This document shows positions 29,478 to 39,459 of a DNA stretch of 64,000 nt, piece by piece. Each line of letters starts with the position of its first letter. Position 1 is the stretch's first letter. The notes beneath the pieces were generated by a model, which worked only from the letters and a program-made list of their open reading frames with translations, did not search any database and was not told the DNA's origin. Source of the stretch: a bacterium (GTDB lineage: Bacteria > Patescibacteriota > Andersenbacteria > UBA10190); NCBI GenBank assembly GCA_043811915.1, contig JBDRMS010000006.1:22870-86869 (forward strand). The letters are read 5' to 3'. The position numbers and the translations under genes are program-made.

Positions 29478-30059
29478 TACAAGGAAGTTTGTACTTTAAA
29501 CAGGATATCTCTAGTTCCACTTTTCCCAATCGGGAGGAGGTTTGTGAGATGCAGGGCGATTAACATCTTCCATGGATGTTACAGGACCTGCCGGTGGTTG
29601 TTCGTTTGTAGTCCAGTGATAGGGGAGAGTTCAAATGACTCGAGAGGAGTTTTCGGAGGAACAGAGAGGCGATAACGGAAGTGATAAGAGTCACTCGCTA
29701 TCACGCCAAATGTCCCTGTAGGTTTTGCTTTGCAATTATTGCGTATGTTTCTTTCGTACTCTATGCAAAGCCTGCAGGGACGCTTTTCTATTGAGATACG
29801 AATCTCTTGACTGCGTTTTTTATTGTTTATACACTGGGTTGAGCGGGGTAGGATGTTCCTTCTTGTATTGTTTTTGCAAAACAACAACCACCGGCTGATT
29901 TGGCTGAGTGACCTTTTGGATTAAGGTGGCCAAATCTAACCAGGCCCGTTGGCTGCCGGCAGGAGTCTTGGATGTAAAAGCGACAATCATTCACAAAACT
30001 TGAATTGCGCGCTTTGACAAACAAAACTTCCAGCCTGGCATGCCAACGGGCCCTTTTTT
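29478..30059 (+). ncRNA. Candidate large structured non-coding RNA (class unknown)
   Basis: No credible ORF; many nested helices (12-bp 29591-29602/29883-29894, 17-bp 29712-29728/29765-29781, 11-bp 29943-29953/30042-30052) ending in T6. Confidence 0.6.
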
Positions 30060-30161
30060 ATTTGACAGGCTTTGCCTTGCTGGATTAGCTTTACGAGTTC
30101 TCCTTAGAACCCCACGTGGCGAGGCGGTGCTTACAAGAGCAACCCCTCCAACGCTCTAGCA

Positions 30162-30701
30162 TCACTCGTCGGTGGGGTTGTGAGGAGAACTTTTTTCTTG
30201 AGCAAACTCGGTCAGTATTTTGCCAGCTCGAGGGAGTAGCTGAACTATTATTTCTTCTTCACCCGGCGTAAATTTAGACAAAACGAATTCTTCGGTGAGG
30301 CCGATAACTGGTCCGACGCCTAGCAGGAGACGAGCAATATCTTGAGTGCCGAGGGCTTCGTGGATGGAACGTACGCCTCTGTGGCCGCGGGCGCTGCCGG
30401 AGAGTTTTATCTTGAAATCGCCGAGTGGCAGCTCAATATCGTCGTGGATGATGAGGGTTTTTTCCGGAAGATGGTTGAAGCTGGCCACGGCCTGCCCCGA
30501 TAAGTTCATGGAAGCGGCAGGAAAAAGGCAGGTAATCTTGGTGTTAGCTAGTGTAACTGTGGCGATTTCGGCCTGGTGCTTTGCGCTGGGCTGCCACTTA
30601 GCATCAGCCCAGATGCGCAAGAGACGGATGCCAAAATTGTGACGAGTGCGATTAAATTGTTTACCCGGGTTGCCCAGGCCGACGAAGAGCAGATGATTCA
30701 T
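30162..30701 (-). CDS. pth: Peptidyl-tRNA hydrolase
   Basis: VGLGNPG..TRHN.G, MNLSG, HDDIEL, GHRG. Confidence 0.93.
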   Translation of the reverse strand: MNHLLFVGLGNPGKQFNRTRHNFGIRLLRIWADAKWQPSAKHQAEIATVTLANTKITCLFPAASMNLSGQAVASFNHLPEKTLIIHDDIELPLGDFKIKLSGSARGHRGVRSIHEALGTQDIARLLLGVGPVIGLTEEFVLSKFTPGEEEIIVQLLPRAGKILTEFAQEKSSPHNPTDE

Positions 30702-32201
30702 TTATTCGCTGGTGTCGTCGGAATCGGTACCCAGGATAACAAGAACTTCAGCCTCGGTTTGTGCTTCTTCTTCGGGCAGATCACTGGCTAGTTTTGCACC
30801 GAGCGTTTCTGCCAGAACGGTGGCGCCGGCAGTGTGGTCGGGAGAAATTGCATAGACATAGGTTTGTGTTTGACCGTGTTTGGCGGCATTGGCGACGTCG
30901 GTTATGTCATAACCTTGTTGCTTGAGATTTTCAGCTGTGCGCCCGGCCAGACCGGTTATAGTAGTGCCGTTACGTATGGCAAGTGATGGTAGGACGGGGG
31001 TGACTGATGGTGAGGGCTCCGGCGGCTGCGCGGTTGGAGTGGGTAATACTGTTTCAGTAGTGAGAATATTCCGGGCAATTTTTTGGATTTCGCTGTAGTC
31101 GCCCGTGCGTGGTCGGAGAATAGATGCTGGCACGCCGCCTAAGACTTCGGTGCCGCCGGTTAGTATCCCTTTGGGTTCAGTGGAAAGGACAACGGATTGG
31201 ACTTGAGACTGGTCAACGAGCCGGGCTAACTCGTAAAAACGCTTCATTTCCCATAGTTGCATGTCGGTGCGTATATTGTTGGATAAAGAAGAAAGAATAG
31301 CGTTGACTTTGGTGAAATCCAGAGCGGTTTGGACGGAGAAAACTTTATCGCGTAGAGACAACAATACTTGTTGTTGACGGGCGGCGCGTTTAAAGTCTCC
31401 TCCTTCAGGACCTTCAATATAGCGGGCGCGAACATAGGCTAGCGCTCGTTCACCACTCATTTTTTCGGTACCGGCCGGGAAGGATATTTTGTGCCAATAA
31501 TCGTAGAAAGAATTATCGATGGTTATATTGATACCGCCAATGCCATCAATAATGTTTTTGAAGGCGGTAAAGTCAACGCGCACGTAGTAATGCATGGGGA
31601 GAGACGTGATATTCTGGACGAGGTCACGAAGTAATTCCGGTCCCCGGTCTTGTTTTTGTGATTCACCAAAAGCGTGCACAGCATTAATTTTGCTGAAGTA
31701 TTCCTGATCAGGTAATTGCACATAGAGATCGCGGGGGATGGAAAGTAAGGCAGCCTTGTTGTTACTGGGCTGATAGCTGATAACCATAATGGTGTCAGCT
31801 AGATCTTCACCTTTGTGTCCTTCCCCGCCGATGGCAATCAATAGAATGTTAATGCGATCCTGTGATTCGCCTTCTAAAAGTGAGTCACCCAGGAAGAGGA
31901 GGTCTTTGAGCTGGCCGAGAATGGAACGATCGGCGGCGCTGATGTTGTCGCTGGCGGCAATTACCTTATAGCCAAAAATGCCGCCACTAATGATGACGAT
32001 AAGGACAATAACGAACAAAACGCGGCGAACCCAGAGGCGGGGGGCTGCTTTGCGCCGGGGAGGTTTTTGTGGCGATAATTTGCCCGGGAATGCAAGCTTA
32101 ATTGGTCTTGTTTGCTGGTTAGACAGGTTGCCGACGCCATAACGGCGACGAGCTGCAAGGAGTGCCCGTCTTTCGGCTTCGCTGCTTGATTTATCTGGCA
32201 T
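30702..32201 (-). CDS. LCP (LytR-CpsA-Psr) family protein with LytR_C domain
   Basis: TM, DTIMV, SIPRDLYV, GDFKRAARQQ, RNGTTITGLA; likely ATG at 32201. Confidence 0.9.
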   Translation of the reverse strand: MPDKSSSEAERRALLAARRRYGVGNLSNQQTRPIKLAFPGKLSPQKPPRRKAAPRLWVRRVLFVIVLIVIISGGIFGYKVIAASDNISAADRSILGQLKDLLFLGDSLLEGESQDRINILLIAIGGEGHKGEDLADTIMVISYQPSNNKAALLSIPRDLYVQLPDQEYFSKINAVHAFGESQKQDRGPELLRDLVQNITSLPMHYYVRVDFTAFKNIIDGIGGINITIDNSFYDYWHKISFPAGTEKMSGERALAYVRARYIEGPEGGDFKRAARQQQVLLSLRDKVFSVQTALDFTKVNAILSSLSNNIRTDMQLWEMKRFYELARLVDQSQVQSVVLSTEPKGILTGGTEVLGGVPASILRPRTGDYSEIQKIARNILTTETVLPTPTAQPPEPSPSVTPVLPSLAIRNGTTITGLAGRTAENLKQQGYDITDVANAAKHGQTQTYVYAISPDHTAGATVLAETLGAKLASDLPEEEAQTEAEVLVILGTDSDDTSE

Positions 32202-32239
32202 GCTGGTAGGAGTATACAACAGTCGAAAATTGTCGTACA

Positions 32240-32827
32240 ATGGGCCGCATTATGATGCAACTTAGAGTTATGGCGGGTTTCTTTTGGGAACTGACTAAAG
32301 TATTTTTGCTGGCCATGGCAATAATAGTGCCTGTGCGCTACTTTTTAGTACAGCCCTTTTTTGTGCGAGGTGCCTCAATGCAGCCGAACTTCATAGATGG
32401 AGAGTATCTGGTTGTTGATGAGTTGTCGTATCGGTTACGTGAGCCGCGTCGGGGCGAGGTAATAGTTTTTCAGTACCCGGGCGATCCGTCACAGTTTTTT
32501 ATTAAACGATTAGTTGGTTTGCCGGGCGAGACGGTGGAAATTGGCCAAGGCCAGGTGCTGATAAAGAATAGTGTTTATCCCGAGGGCGTGTTGTTAGACG
32601 AATCTCAATATCTGTCGGGGGAAGTGCGCACGGGCGGGACGTTATCGATTACTCTGGGGGAGGATGAGTATTTTGTGTTGGGCGATAATCGTCCGTCTAG
32701 CTCTGATTCCAGAAGTTGGGGCTTACTGACGGAAAAGGCTATTGTGGGCCGGGCATGGATTCGGGCTTTTCCGGTTAATCGATTGGGGCCCGTTCCACTA
32801 ACGCGACCGGGTTTTTTAGGAATATAA
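32240..32827 (+). CDS. lepB: Signal peptidase I
   Basis: GASMQP, FIKRLVGLPGE, GDNR..S.DSR. Confidence 0.95.
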   Translation: MGRIMMQLRVMAGFFWELTKVFLLAMAIIVPVRYFLVQPFFVRGASMQPNFIDGEYLVVDELSYRLREPRRGEVIVFQYPGDPSQFFIKRLVGLPGETVEIGQGQVLIKNSVYPEGVLLDESQYLSGEVRTGGTLSITLGEDEYFVLGDNRPSSSDSRSWGLLTEKAIVGRAWIRAFPVNRLGPVPLTRPGFLGI

Positions 32828-32836
32828 ACTTTTCTT

Positions 32837-34153
32837 ATGGCCACTAAAAAAAAGGAGAGAGGAAGAGATAGAATATTTCCTGTGCAAAAGCCTCGAGGGA
32901 CGCAGGATATTTTGCCGAGAGAACAGAAGTACTGGGAGTATGTGCTGGAAACCGGCAAAATAGTTTTAAGAGGTTGGGACTTTAGACGCATCGACACGCC
33001 TATTTTTGAGGAGACAGATCTTTTTAGTCGGGCGGTGGGCAAAGAAACAGACATTGTGTCTAAAGAGTTGTTTGAATTAAAAGCCAGAGGCAGCGGCGCG
33101 CGTTACAGCTTGAGGCCGGAGGGAACGGCGCCGACGGTGAGGGCTTATATCGAGCACGGCATGCGTTCCTGGTCTAAGCCGGTCAAACTTTTTTATGTTG
33201 GTCCGCTCTTTCGTTATGATCGTCCACAGGCCGGGCGCTGGCGGCAATTTCATCAGCTTGGTTTAGAGGTATTTGGCTCGAGGGCGCATGTTACTGATGT
33301 AGAGGTTATGTATGTGGTGCATGCGATTTTGCAGCAGTTGGGGTTAGAGGAGTACACTTTCCGGGTCAACACATTGGGTGGCACGGAAGATCGAAGCGAA
33401 TATGTTAAGGTGTTAAAAGAACATTATCGGCGCAATCGCCATAGGTTGTGTCGGGAGTGCAAGCAGCGACTAACTACTAATCCTCTGCGAGTGTTGGATT
33501 GCAAAGAAGATAAATGCCAGCAGGTGGCCAATACGGCGCCGCGAATATTTGACCATTTAACGAATGAGTCGAAGGATGGTTTTGAACGGGTACTGGCAAT
33601 GTTGGAGGAACTGGAGGTGCCGCATGAGACCCAGTCTTCGTTGGTGCGTGGTTTAGACTATTACACCGGGGTGGTGTGGGAAGTGCAGTCGAAGGAAGAA
33701 GAAGGGTCACAGATTAGCCTGGCGGGAGGAGGACGTTATGACGGATTAGTTAAAGAGCTGGGCGGCAGGGATACCCCGGCGGTGGGAGGCTCCATTGGCA
33801 TAGAGCGGATTATTGAACGATTAGAGAATGAGGGGATCGAGCTTACCACCACGGATGCCCCGCATGTTTTTGTGGCTCAGCTGGGAGAGGCGGCTAAGCT
33901 GGCGGCTCTGAAGATAATGCGTAATTTGCAGGAGTCTCAAATTAATTTTGCCGAGAGTATAGATCGTGAGGGTATGGAGCATCAACTGAAGCTTGCTTCC
34001 CGCCTGGGGGTTAAGTGGGTAATCATTATCGGACAGAAGGAAGTTTTGGATAAATCGGTTATTTTAAGAAATATGGCTAGCGGTATGCAGGAAGTTGTGG
34101 CACAGGAAGATTTGGTTGAGGAGCTGACCAGGCGGCTAAGTTTGCCTGAATAG
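32837..34153 (+). CDS. hisS: Histidine--tRNA ligase
   Basis: LRPEGTA, FRYDRPQAGR, LVRGLDYYTG, GGGRYD. Confidence 0.97.
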   Translation: MATKKKERGRDRIFPVQKPRGTQDILPREQKYWEYVLETGKIVLRGWDFRRIDTPIFEETDLFSRAVGKETDIVSKELFELKARGSGARYSLRPEGTAPTVRAYIEHGMRSWSKPVKLFYVGPLFRYDRPQAGRWRQFHQLGLEVFGSRAHVTDVEVMYVVHAILQQLGLEEYTFRVNTLGGTEDRSEYVKVLKEHYRRNRHRLCRECKQRLTTNPLRVLDCKEDKCQQVANTAPRIFDHLTNESKDGFERVLAMLEELEVPHETQSSLVRGLDYYTGVVWEVQSKEEEGSQISLAGGGRYDGLVKELGGRDTPAVGGSIGIERIIERLENEGIELTTTDAPHVFVAQLGEAAKLAALKIMRNLQESQINFAESIDREGMEHQLKLASRLGVKWVIIIGQKEVLDKSVILRNMASGMQEVVAQEDLVEELTRRLSLPE

Positions 34154-34171
34154 TGTTATACTAAAAGGGAG

Positions 34172-34516
34172 ATGGAAAAGTGTATTTTTTGCGAGATAGT
34201 TGAGGGGAGTACGCTGGCGGACGTGGTGTATGATGGCGGGGATACTTTATTTTTCCGGGATATTTCTCCGAAAGCTAAAGTGCATGTGGTAGGTATTCCT
34301 AAAAAGCACATTGTTTCGCTGGCTGATGTGGTAGCTGATGACCAGGCGATGATCGGTAAATTGTTGCACGATATTGTGCATGTGGCTGGAGAGATGGGTA
34401 TTGTGGAGAGCGGTTATAGGGTAATCACAAATGTGGGACAGGATGCGGGGCAGGAAATAAAACATTTGCACTTTCATATTTTAGGGGGCGAGGGAATAGG
34501 GCCGTTGAAATGTTAA
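34172..34516 (+). CDS. HIT family nucleotide-binding protein
   Basis: CIFC, HLHFHILGG. Confidence 0.92.
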   Translation: MEKCIFCEIVEGSTLADVVYDGGDTLFFRDISPKAKVHVVGIPKKHIVSLADVVADDQAMIGKLLHDIVHVAGEMGIVESGYRVITNVGQDAGQEIKHLHFHILGGEGIGPLKC

Positions 34517-34908
34517 AACTACTGACGCTGTTATTGATTTTTGGTTTGCTGGTGCCGCTGCCGGCGCGGCAGCAGCCGTTTGTTTATTGTTCGGGGAATG
34601 ATCCTCTTAAGTGCACGTTGGATGATTTGCTGGCGGTGCCGGTGAATATTTTCAACTTTTTGTTGGGCCTGGCGGCGGTTGTGTTGCTGGCCGTCATAAT
34701 ATGGGCGGGGATGAGAATGATACTGTATCATGCGTCGGAAATGCCGGAGCAGGAGCTGGCGAGTGCCAAAATGACGCTGACCAGAGGTATTATGGGGTTT
34801 CTTATTATTGCTTTTTCATATGTACTGGTGAATTTGCTGGTGTATACTTTGCTGGGGCTTGATACGAATTCAGGGGTGGCAAAAATATTGAAGGACTTTG
34901 GACTGTAG
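34510..34908 (+). CDS. Pilin-like membrane protein (TrbC/VirB2-like, CPR type)
   Basis: Signal peptide, CxnC, two hydrophobic helices with G...AK..L...I.G.LI pattern. Confidence 0.65.
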   Translation: MLKLLTLLLIFGLLVPLPARQQPFVYCSGNDPLKCTLDDLLAVPVNIFNFLLGLAAVVLLAVIIWAGMRMILYHASEMPEQELASAKMTLTRGIMGFLIIAFSYVLVNLLVYTLLGLDTNSGVAKILKDFGL

Positions 34909-35014
34909 TTGACTTACTGCACGCGGCATGGCAGGCTGTGAGTAGTCTTTCTTAAATTAATTTTGACGGGAGGTGTCGTTTTTGGCCCGGTGTAAACTGG
35001 GCGTACAACAACCT

Positions 35015-35296
35015 ATGGTGGAAGTAAGGAAACGTGATAACGAAAGCACTGACAGTCTTTTGCGGCGCTTTAGCCGTAAAGTGCAACAAAGTGGAGTGTT
35101 GTTGCAGGCAAGAAAAGTACGTTTTTATGAGCGGAAGAAGGCAAAAAGAAAGTTGCGTGAGGATGCTATGCGCAAAGTGCGTTTTATGGAGGAACGTGAA
35201 CGTTTGATAAAATTAGGGGAGTTAGATGAGTTTGCAGGTCCCCAGCAGAATCGTTCGCGCCCGACAGTACGGCGGACAAATATGCCTCGACGGTAA
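35015..35296 (+). CDS. rpsU: 30S ribosomal protein S21
   Basis: VEVRKRDNES..LLRRFSRKVQQSG; ATG at 35015. Confidence 0.85.
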   Translation: MVEVRKRDNESTDSLLRRFSRKVQQSGVLLQARKVRFYERKKAKRKLREDAMRKVRFMEERERLIKLGELDEFAGPQQNRSRPTVRRTNMPRR

Positions 35297-35323
35297 GATT
35301 ATTATTGTTGTATACTGCTTGGC

Positions 35324-36055
35324 ATGATAGCGCAGGGAGTTCCCCCACCAGATTTACCGCTGTCGTCTGATACGGCGGGGCAGGCGCCGAAGCCGCCGGT
35401 TGCCAAAGAGCCTGGCGGTGGTTTTGATGCTCCGGATCCGTTTATGGCGGGAGAAAAGGGAGGGAGTGAAAAGCCGGAGAGCATGGTTCAAAATACACCA
35501 CCACCGAGTATTGCTGAAGCGTCTCCGCTTGCCCCAACCACCTTTCGTCAACCGGAGAAGCCGCACCGGACTCGTCGCCGCATTGTGCTGGCAATTGGCG
35601 GCTTGGTGGTATTGATTTTGATTTCTGCCTTGGTGGTAGTGGCTGTCCGTTTCTTTTTAGCCACTGAAGATGCTCTTCTGCCGGAGGAGGAACCTGTTTT
35701 ACCGATGGAGGAAGAGAATACACCGCCGGCACCGACGAGTGATTCTGAAAATGCCGTGCTGGACGATGATGGTGACGGCTTGACGGCGGCAGAGGAAAGT
35801 TTTTATGGGACGGATCCGGACGTAGCTGATACGGACGGTGATGGGTTCAACGATGGCGAGGAAGTGCGAGCTGGTTTTGACCCATTAGGGCCCGGGAAGC
35901 TTGATTCCGATAACGATGGTTTTCCTGATCCTGATGAAAGAGAGTTTGGCTCTGATCCGTTTAACCCTGATACCGATGGGGATGGTTACAGTGATGGTGA
36001 TGAAATTCAAAATGGGTTTAATCCATTAATACCATCACCGGGCGACAAACTTTAA
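35324..36055 (+). CDS. Membrane protein with bacterial TSP3-like Ca-binding repeats
   Basis: Pro-rich N-terminus, TM, 4x D.DGDG..D..E...G.DP. Confidence 0.8.
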   Translation: MIAQGVPPPDLPLSSDTAGQAPKPPVAKEPGGGFDAPDPFMAGEKGGSEKPESMVQNTPPPSIAEASPLAPTTFRQPEKPHRTRRRIVLAIGGLVVLILISALVVVAVRFFLATEDALLPEEEPVLPMEEENTPPAPTSDSENAVLDDDGDGLTAAEESFYGTDPDVADTDGDGFNDGEEVRAGFDPLGPGKLDSDNDGFPDPDEREFGSDPFNPDTDGDGYSDGDEIQNGFNPLIPSPGDKL

Positions 36056-36453
36056 TGCCGGTGACAATACAATGTCGGGAGTTTTCTTTAACCGGAGAAG
36101 AGGCGGAGAAGCTTTGGTTAAAAGTAGTGGTGCTATGTGGATGTCCGGATGAGATAGTGACAGTCAGGTGTGTTGGTGAGCGAGAGATAAAGCGATTAAA
36201 CAAGCGGTATCGGGGGAAAGACAAAGTAACGAATGTTTTAACTTTTTCGTATCAAAATGAGCCCCGCAAAGCTTCGCCGCGGGGCGAGCACGACGTGGCT
36301 ATATGTTTGTCTGTAGTTGCGGAGAAAGATGTGGCTTGGCTGCTGGTACATGCTTTTTTGCATGTGGCGGGCATGGATCACGAAAAATCGGCAGAGGAAG
36401 CAAAGAAGATGGAGCAGGCGGAAGCGGCGGTTCTGAAAGACCGCGGTTTTTAG
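36055..36453 (+). CDS. ybeY: rRNA maturation endoribonuclease YbeY
   Basis: LNKRYRGKDK.TNVLTF, HAFLHVAGMDH. Confidence 0.9.
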   Translation: MPVTIQCREFSLTGEEAEKLWLKVVVLCGCPDEIVTVRCVGEREIKRLNKRYRGKDKVTNVLTFSYQNEPRKASPRGEHDVAICLSVVAEKDVAWLLVHAFLHVAGMDHEKSAEEAKKMEQAEAAVLKDRGF

Positions 36454-36478
36454 AGATTTATGTTAAACTTAGGGCAAT

Positions 36479-36868
36479 ATGGAAGAGAGGCGATTGTGGC
36501 GAAAACGAGACACGTTTAGTGATGCTTGTCGGCATGCATGGCGCGGGGTGGTGCTGGGTTGGCAGGCGGAACGTAACACCAAAGCCCAATTTGGGGTCGC
36601 TTTGACGGCGGTGTTGGCGGCGGTACTACTTGGGTTGCCAGCCAGTCAGGTAGCAGTGGTGATTTTAGTTTCCGCGGTGGTTATAATTTCTGAATTTTTC
36701 AACACAGCTATAGAGGAATTAAGTGATGTGGTGAGTCCTGAATATGATGAGGCGGTCGGAGAAGTAAAAGACATTGCGGCAGGAGCAGTATTACTGGTGA
36801 GTTTGGCAGCGATTATTGTTGGTTTTTTGTTGTTGGGTCCGCCAATGGTCGCGCTAGTAGTCAGCTAG
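36479..36868 (+). CDS. dgkA: Diacylglycerol/undecaprenol kinase
   Basis: ERN, E.FNTAIE.L.D, KDIAAGAVL. Confidence 0.88.
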   Translation: MEERRLWRKRDTFSDACRHAWRGVVLGWQAERNTKAQFGVALTAVLAAVLLGLPASQVAVVILVSAVVIISEFFNTAIEELSDVVSPEYDEAVGEVKDIAAGAVLLVSLAAIIVGFLLLGPPMVALVVS

Positions 36869-36885
36869 GATTATAATGTGATAGT

Positions 36886-38124
36886 ATGGCGCAGCCTGTA
36901 TATCTAACTGGCGTTGATGTAGGATCTTCCGCGGTGCGAGTGGCGGTAGCCCAAATAGAAAAAGAGGGGCAGACACCGGTTGTCTTGGGTGTGGGGGTAG
37001 TTCCTATGGAGGGTATGCAAAAGGGAGTGGTGACGGATGTGGAGGATGCGGTGAAGTCGCTGGGGGCGGCTCTTGATATAGCAGAGCGGGTGGCGGGAGT
37101 GTCGGTAGAGCGAGGTTACGTTAGTATCAATGGTTCACACATCTCTTCGCAGAACTCACGGGGTGTCATCGCTGTCAGCCGGGCGGATGGAGAGATTACG
37201 GCTGACGACGTAGCTCGGGTTATTAACGCGGCGCAGGCAGTGTCGCTACCGAACAATCGTGAAGTGCTGCATGTGTTGCCGCAAAATTATATTGTAGATG
37301 GTCACGAGAATATTCATGATCCAGTTGGCATGACTGGTGTCAGGCTGGAGGTAGAAACGCATATTATCGAAGGCTCGACGCCTTTTGTAAAAAATATCAC
37401 CAAGGTGGTTAATCAGGCAGGGGTTCACATTGAGGACTTTGTGTTTTCGCCCCTGGCGGCGGCGACGGCTGTGCTTGATAAGAGACAGAAGGAGCTGGGT
37501 GTGGTTTTGGTTGATCTGGGGGCAGGGACCAGTAGTATGGTTGTTTATGAAGAAAATGTGCTGTTACACACAGCTGTACTGCCGTTGGGCTTTTCGCATA
37601 TTACTAATGATATTGCTATTGGTCTGCGTACTTCCATAGAAGTGGCGGAGGAAATAAAGCAGCAGTATGGCACGGCCTTGATAGATAACGTTAAGAATTC
37701 AGAGACAATTATGGTGGAGGGAGACGAAGAACAAGAACCTGTCTCGCGCAAGGAAGTAGCGAACATTATCAGTGCTCGGCTGGATGAGATATTTTCTTTT
37801 GTCGATCAAGAATTAAAACAAGTCGGCCGGTCCGGATTATTACCAGCCGGTATTATATTAACAGGGGGCGGAGCGCATTTGCCGGGAGTGGTTGAAATGG
37901 CTAAAAAGAAATTGCGCTTACCAGCTCGTGTTGGAAGACTGCAGGCGTTTGAGGGAGTAACAGAGCAAACTACTGACCCATCTTATGCTGTTGTGTTGGG
38001 TTTAATAATGTGGGCGCTTGAACAAGAGGCCGGGGTGGCGGGGCGTCGGGTATCTTTGTCCATGCCGGATGTAAGAGCAATAGCGGGTAAGCTGAAGGGC
38101 TGGTTTAAGACTTTTTTACCGTAA
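36886..38124 (+). CDS. ftsA: Cell division protein FtsA
   Basis: GVDVGSS, P.GM.GVRLE, DLGAGT, LTGGGA, C-terminal amphipathic helix. Confidence 0.96.
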   Translation: MAQPVYLTGVDVGSSAVRVAVAQIEKEGQTPVVLGVGVVPMEGMQKGVVTDVEDAVKSLGAALDIAERVAGVSVERGYVSINGSHISSQNSRGVIAVSRADGEITADDVARVINAAQAVSLPNNREVLHVLPQNYIVDGHENIHDPVGMTGVRLEVETHIIEGSTPFVKNITKVVNQAGVHIEDFVFSPLAAATAVLDKRQKELGVVLVDLGAGTSSMVVYEENVLLHTAVLPLGFSHITNDIAIGLRTSIEVAEEIKQQYGTALIDNVKNSETIMVEGDEEQEPVSRKEVANIISARLDEIFSFVDQELKQVGRSGLLPAGIILTGGGAHLPGVVEMAKKKLRLPARVGRLQAFEGVTEQTTDPSYAVVLGLIMWALEQEAGVAGRRVSLSMPDVRAIAGKLKGWFKTFLP

Positions 38125-38143
38125 AAATACTAGTTTTGTTGCA

Positions 38144-38205
38144 CACAAAGTGTGTTCATAATGAACACACTTTGTGCTTGACAGTTTTTTTCACTGGTTT
38201 AATCT
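38144..38205 (+). promoter_or_regulatory. 33-bp perfect palindrome abutting a putative ftsZ promoter
   Basis: CACAAAGTGTGTTCAT-A-ATGAACACACTTTGTG then TTGACA (38178)-N16-TAATCT. Confidence 0.55.
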
Positions 38206-38214
38206 TTAATAGAA

Positions 38215-39426
38215 ATGCCATTAAAGAAGCCAACTATCGAAAACGTTGCCAACATCAAAGTAATTGGTGTGGGAGGTTCCGGAAATGCGGCTTTGAATCG
38301 AATGGTGGAGGCAAAGATTAAAGGGGTGGAGTTTATAGCTGTTAATACTGATGCTCAAGCACTGCATTATTCTGGTGCGCAAACGAAGTTGCATATTGGG
38401 CAAAACCTGACGCGAGGTCTGGGAGCGGGAATGAATCCGGCTATCGGCCAGCAAGCGGTGGAGGAGAGCAGGGAAGAAATCCACGATATGATAAAGGGGT
38501 CAGATATGGTGTTCGTTACCTGTGGTTTTGGCGGCGGAACGGGCACAGGTGGAGCACCGCCGGTGTGTGAGATTGCCAAGGAAACCGGGGCATTGACAGT
38601 GGCGGTAGTCACAAAGCCTTTTTCTTTTGAAGGGCAGCAGCGCATGACGGTAGCTGAAGAAGGACTGGCGGAGTTAAATGATCGGGTTGATGCGGCAGTG
38701 ATTATTCCCAATGATCGCCTGCTGCAGATTATCGATAAGAAAACAAGTTTGTTGGACGCGTTCAAGGTGGTGGATGATGTTTTACGCCAGGGTGTACAGG
38801 GTATCTCTGACCTGATTACGCAGCACGGCATGGTTAATGTGGACTTTGCTGATATTAGGGCAATTGTTGAAAATGCGGGATCTGCGTTGATGGGCATTGG
38901 ACGGGCTGCCGGGGAGAATCGAGCGGTGGAAGCAGCGCGGGCGGCTGTGGAAAGTCCCATGTTGGATGTAACGGTGGACGGGGCCAAGGGAGTTATTTTT
39001 AATATCACGGCGGGGAATGACTTGCGCATGTATGAAGTAGAAGAGGTGGCTCGTGTTATTACTGAAAATGTTGATCCTAACGCCAAGGTTATATTTGGAG
39101 CGGTTATTGATCCGAATCAGGTGGAAGAGGGGGAACTGAAAATAACGGTGGTGGCCACCGGGTTTGATAAGCCGGAGGTGATGCGGGGCGGACAGCAGCG
39201 GTACAGCGGGGCGGTGCAGTTTGGTTCGCCCTTTTCAGGATCGGCGGAAGCGCCGGAAGAACCAATGCATAAGGTGGAGAGACGTATGGTACAGCCCGGA
39301 AGCGAACGGACGACGACGACAGAGCCGGCTGCCGAAGAGGAAGACCTGGATGTGCCGACTTTCATCCGGCGGAAGATGCGGGAGCAGCGTGAAGCGCGGA
39401 TAAAGAAAAAAGGGACTGGTAATTAG
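38215..39426 (+). CDS. ftsZ: Cell division protein FtsZ
   Basis: GGGTGTG, NVDFAD, C-terminal LDVPTFIR. Confidence 0.98.
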   Translation: MPLKKPTIENVANIKVIGVGGSGNAALNRMVEAKIKGVEFIAVNTDAQALHYSGAQTKLHIGQNLTRGLGAGMNPAIGQQAVEESREEIHDMIKGSDMVFVTCGFGGGTGTGGAPPVCEIAKETGALTVAVVTKPFSFEGQQRMTVAEEGLAELNDRVDAAVIIPNDRLLQIIDKKTSLLDAFKVVDDVLRQGVQGISDLITQHGMVNVDFADIRAIVENAGSALMGIGRAAGENRAVEAARAAVESPMLDVTVDGAKGVIFNITAGNDLRMYEVEEVARVITENVDPNAKVIFGAVIDPNQVEEGELKITVVATGFDKPEVMRGGQQRYSGAVQFGSPFSGSAEAPEEPMHKVERRMVQPGSERTTTTEPAAEEEDLDVPTFIRRKMREQREARIKKKGTGN

Positions 39427-39459
39427 TAATCGGCGTGTTGCTCGTATTAATATTTGTAG

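Noticed and set aside
29579-30024. Minus-strand ORFs 29579..29887 and 29827..30024
   Set aside because: Non-ATG starts and no recognisable motifs; the region is better explained as + strand structured RNA
29478-30059. Large RNA as RNase P, tmRNA, SRP or a group I/II intron
   Set aside because: No GAGGAAAGTCC, tRNA-like ends, SRP domain IV or domain V motif; TAGTCC precedes GACT (wrong order for P7) and there is no host gene
35750-36030. DNA-level repeats GATGGTGA/GACGGTGA
   Set aside because: Explained by the encoded DxDGDG calcium-binding repeats
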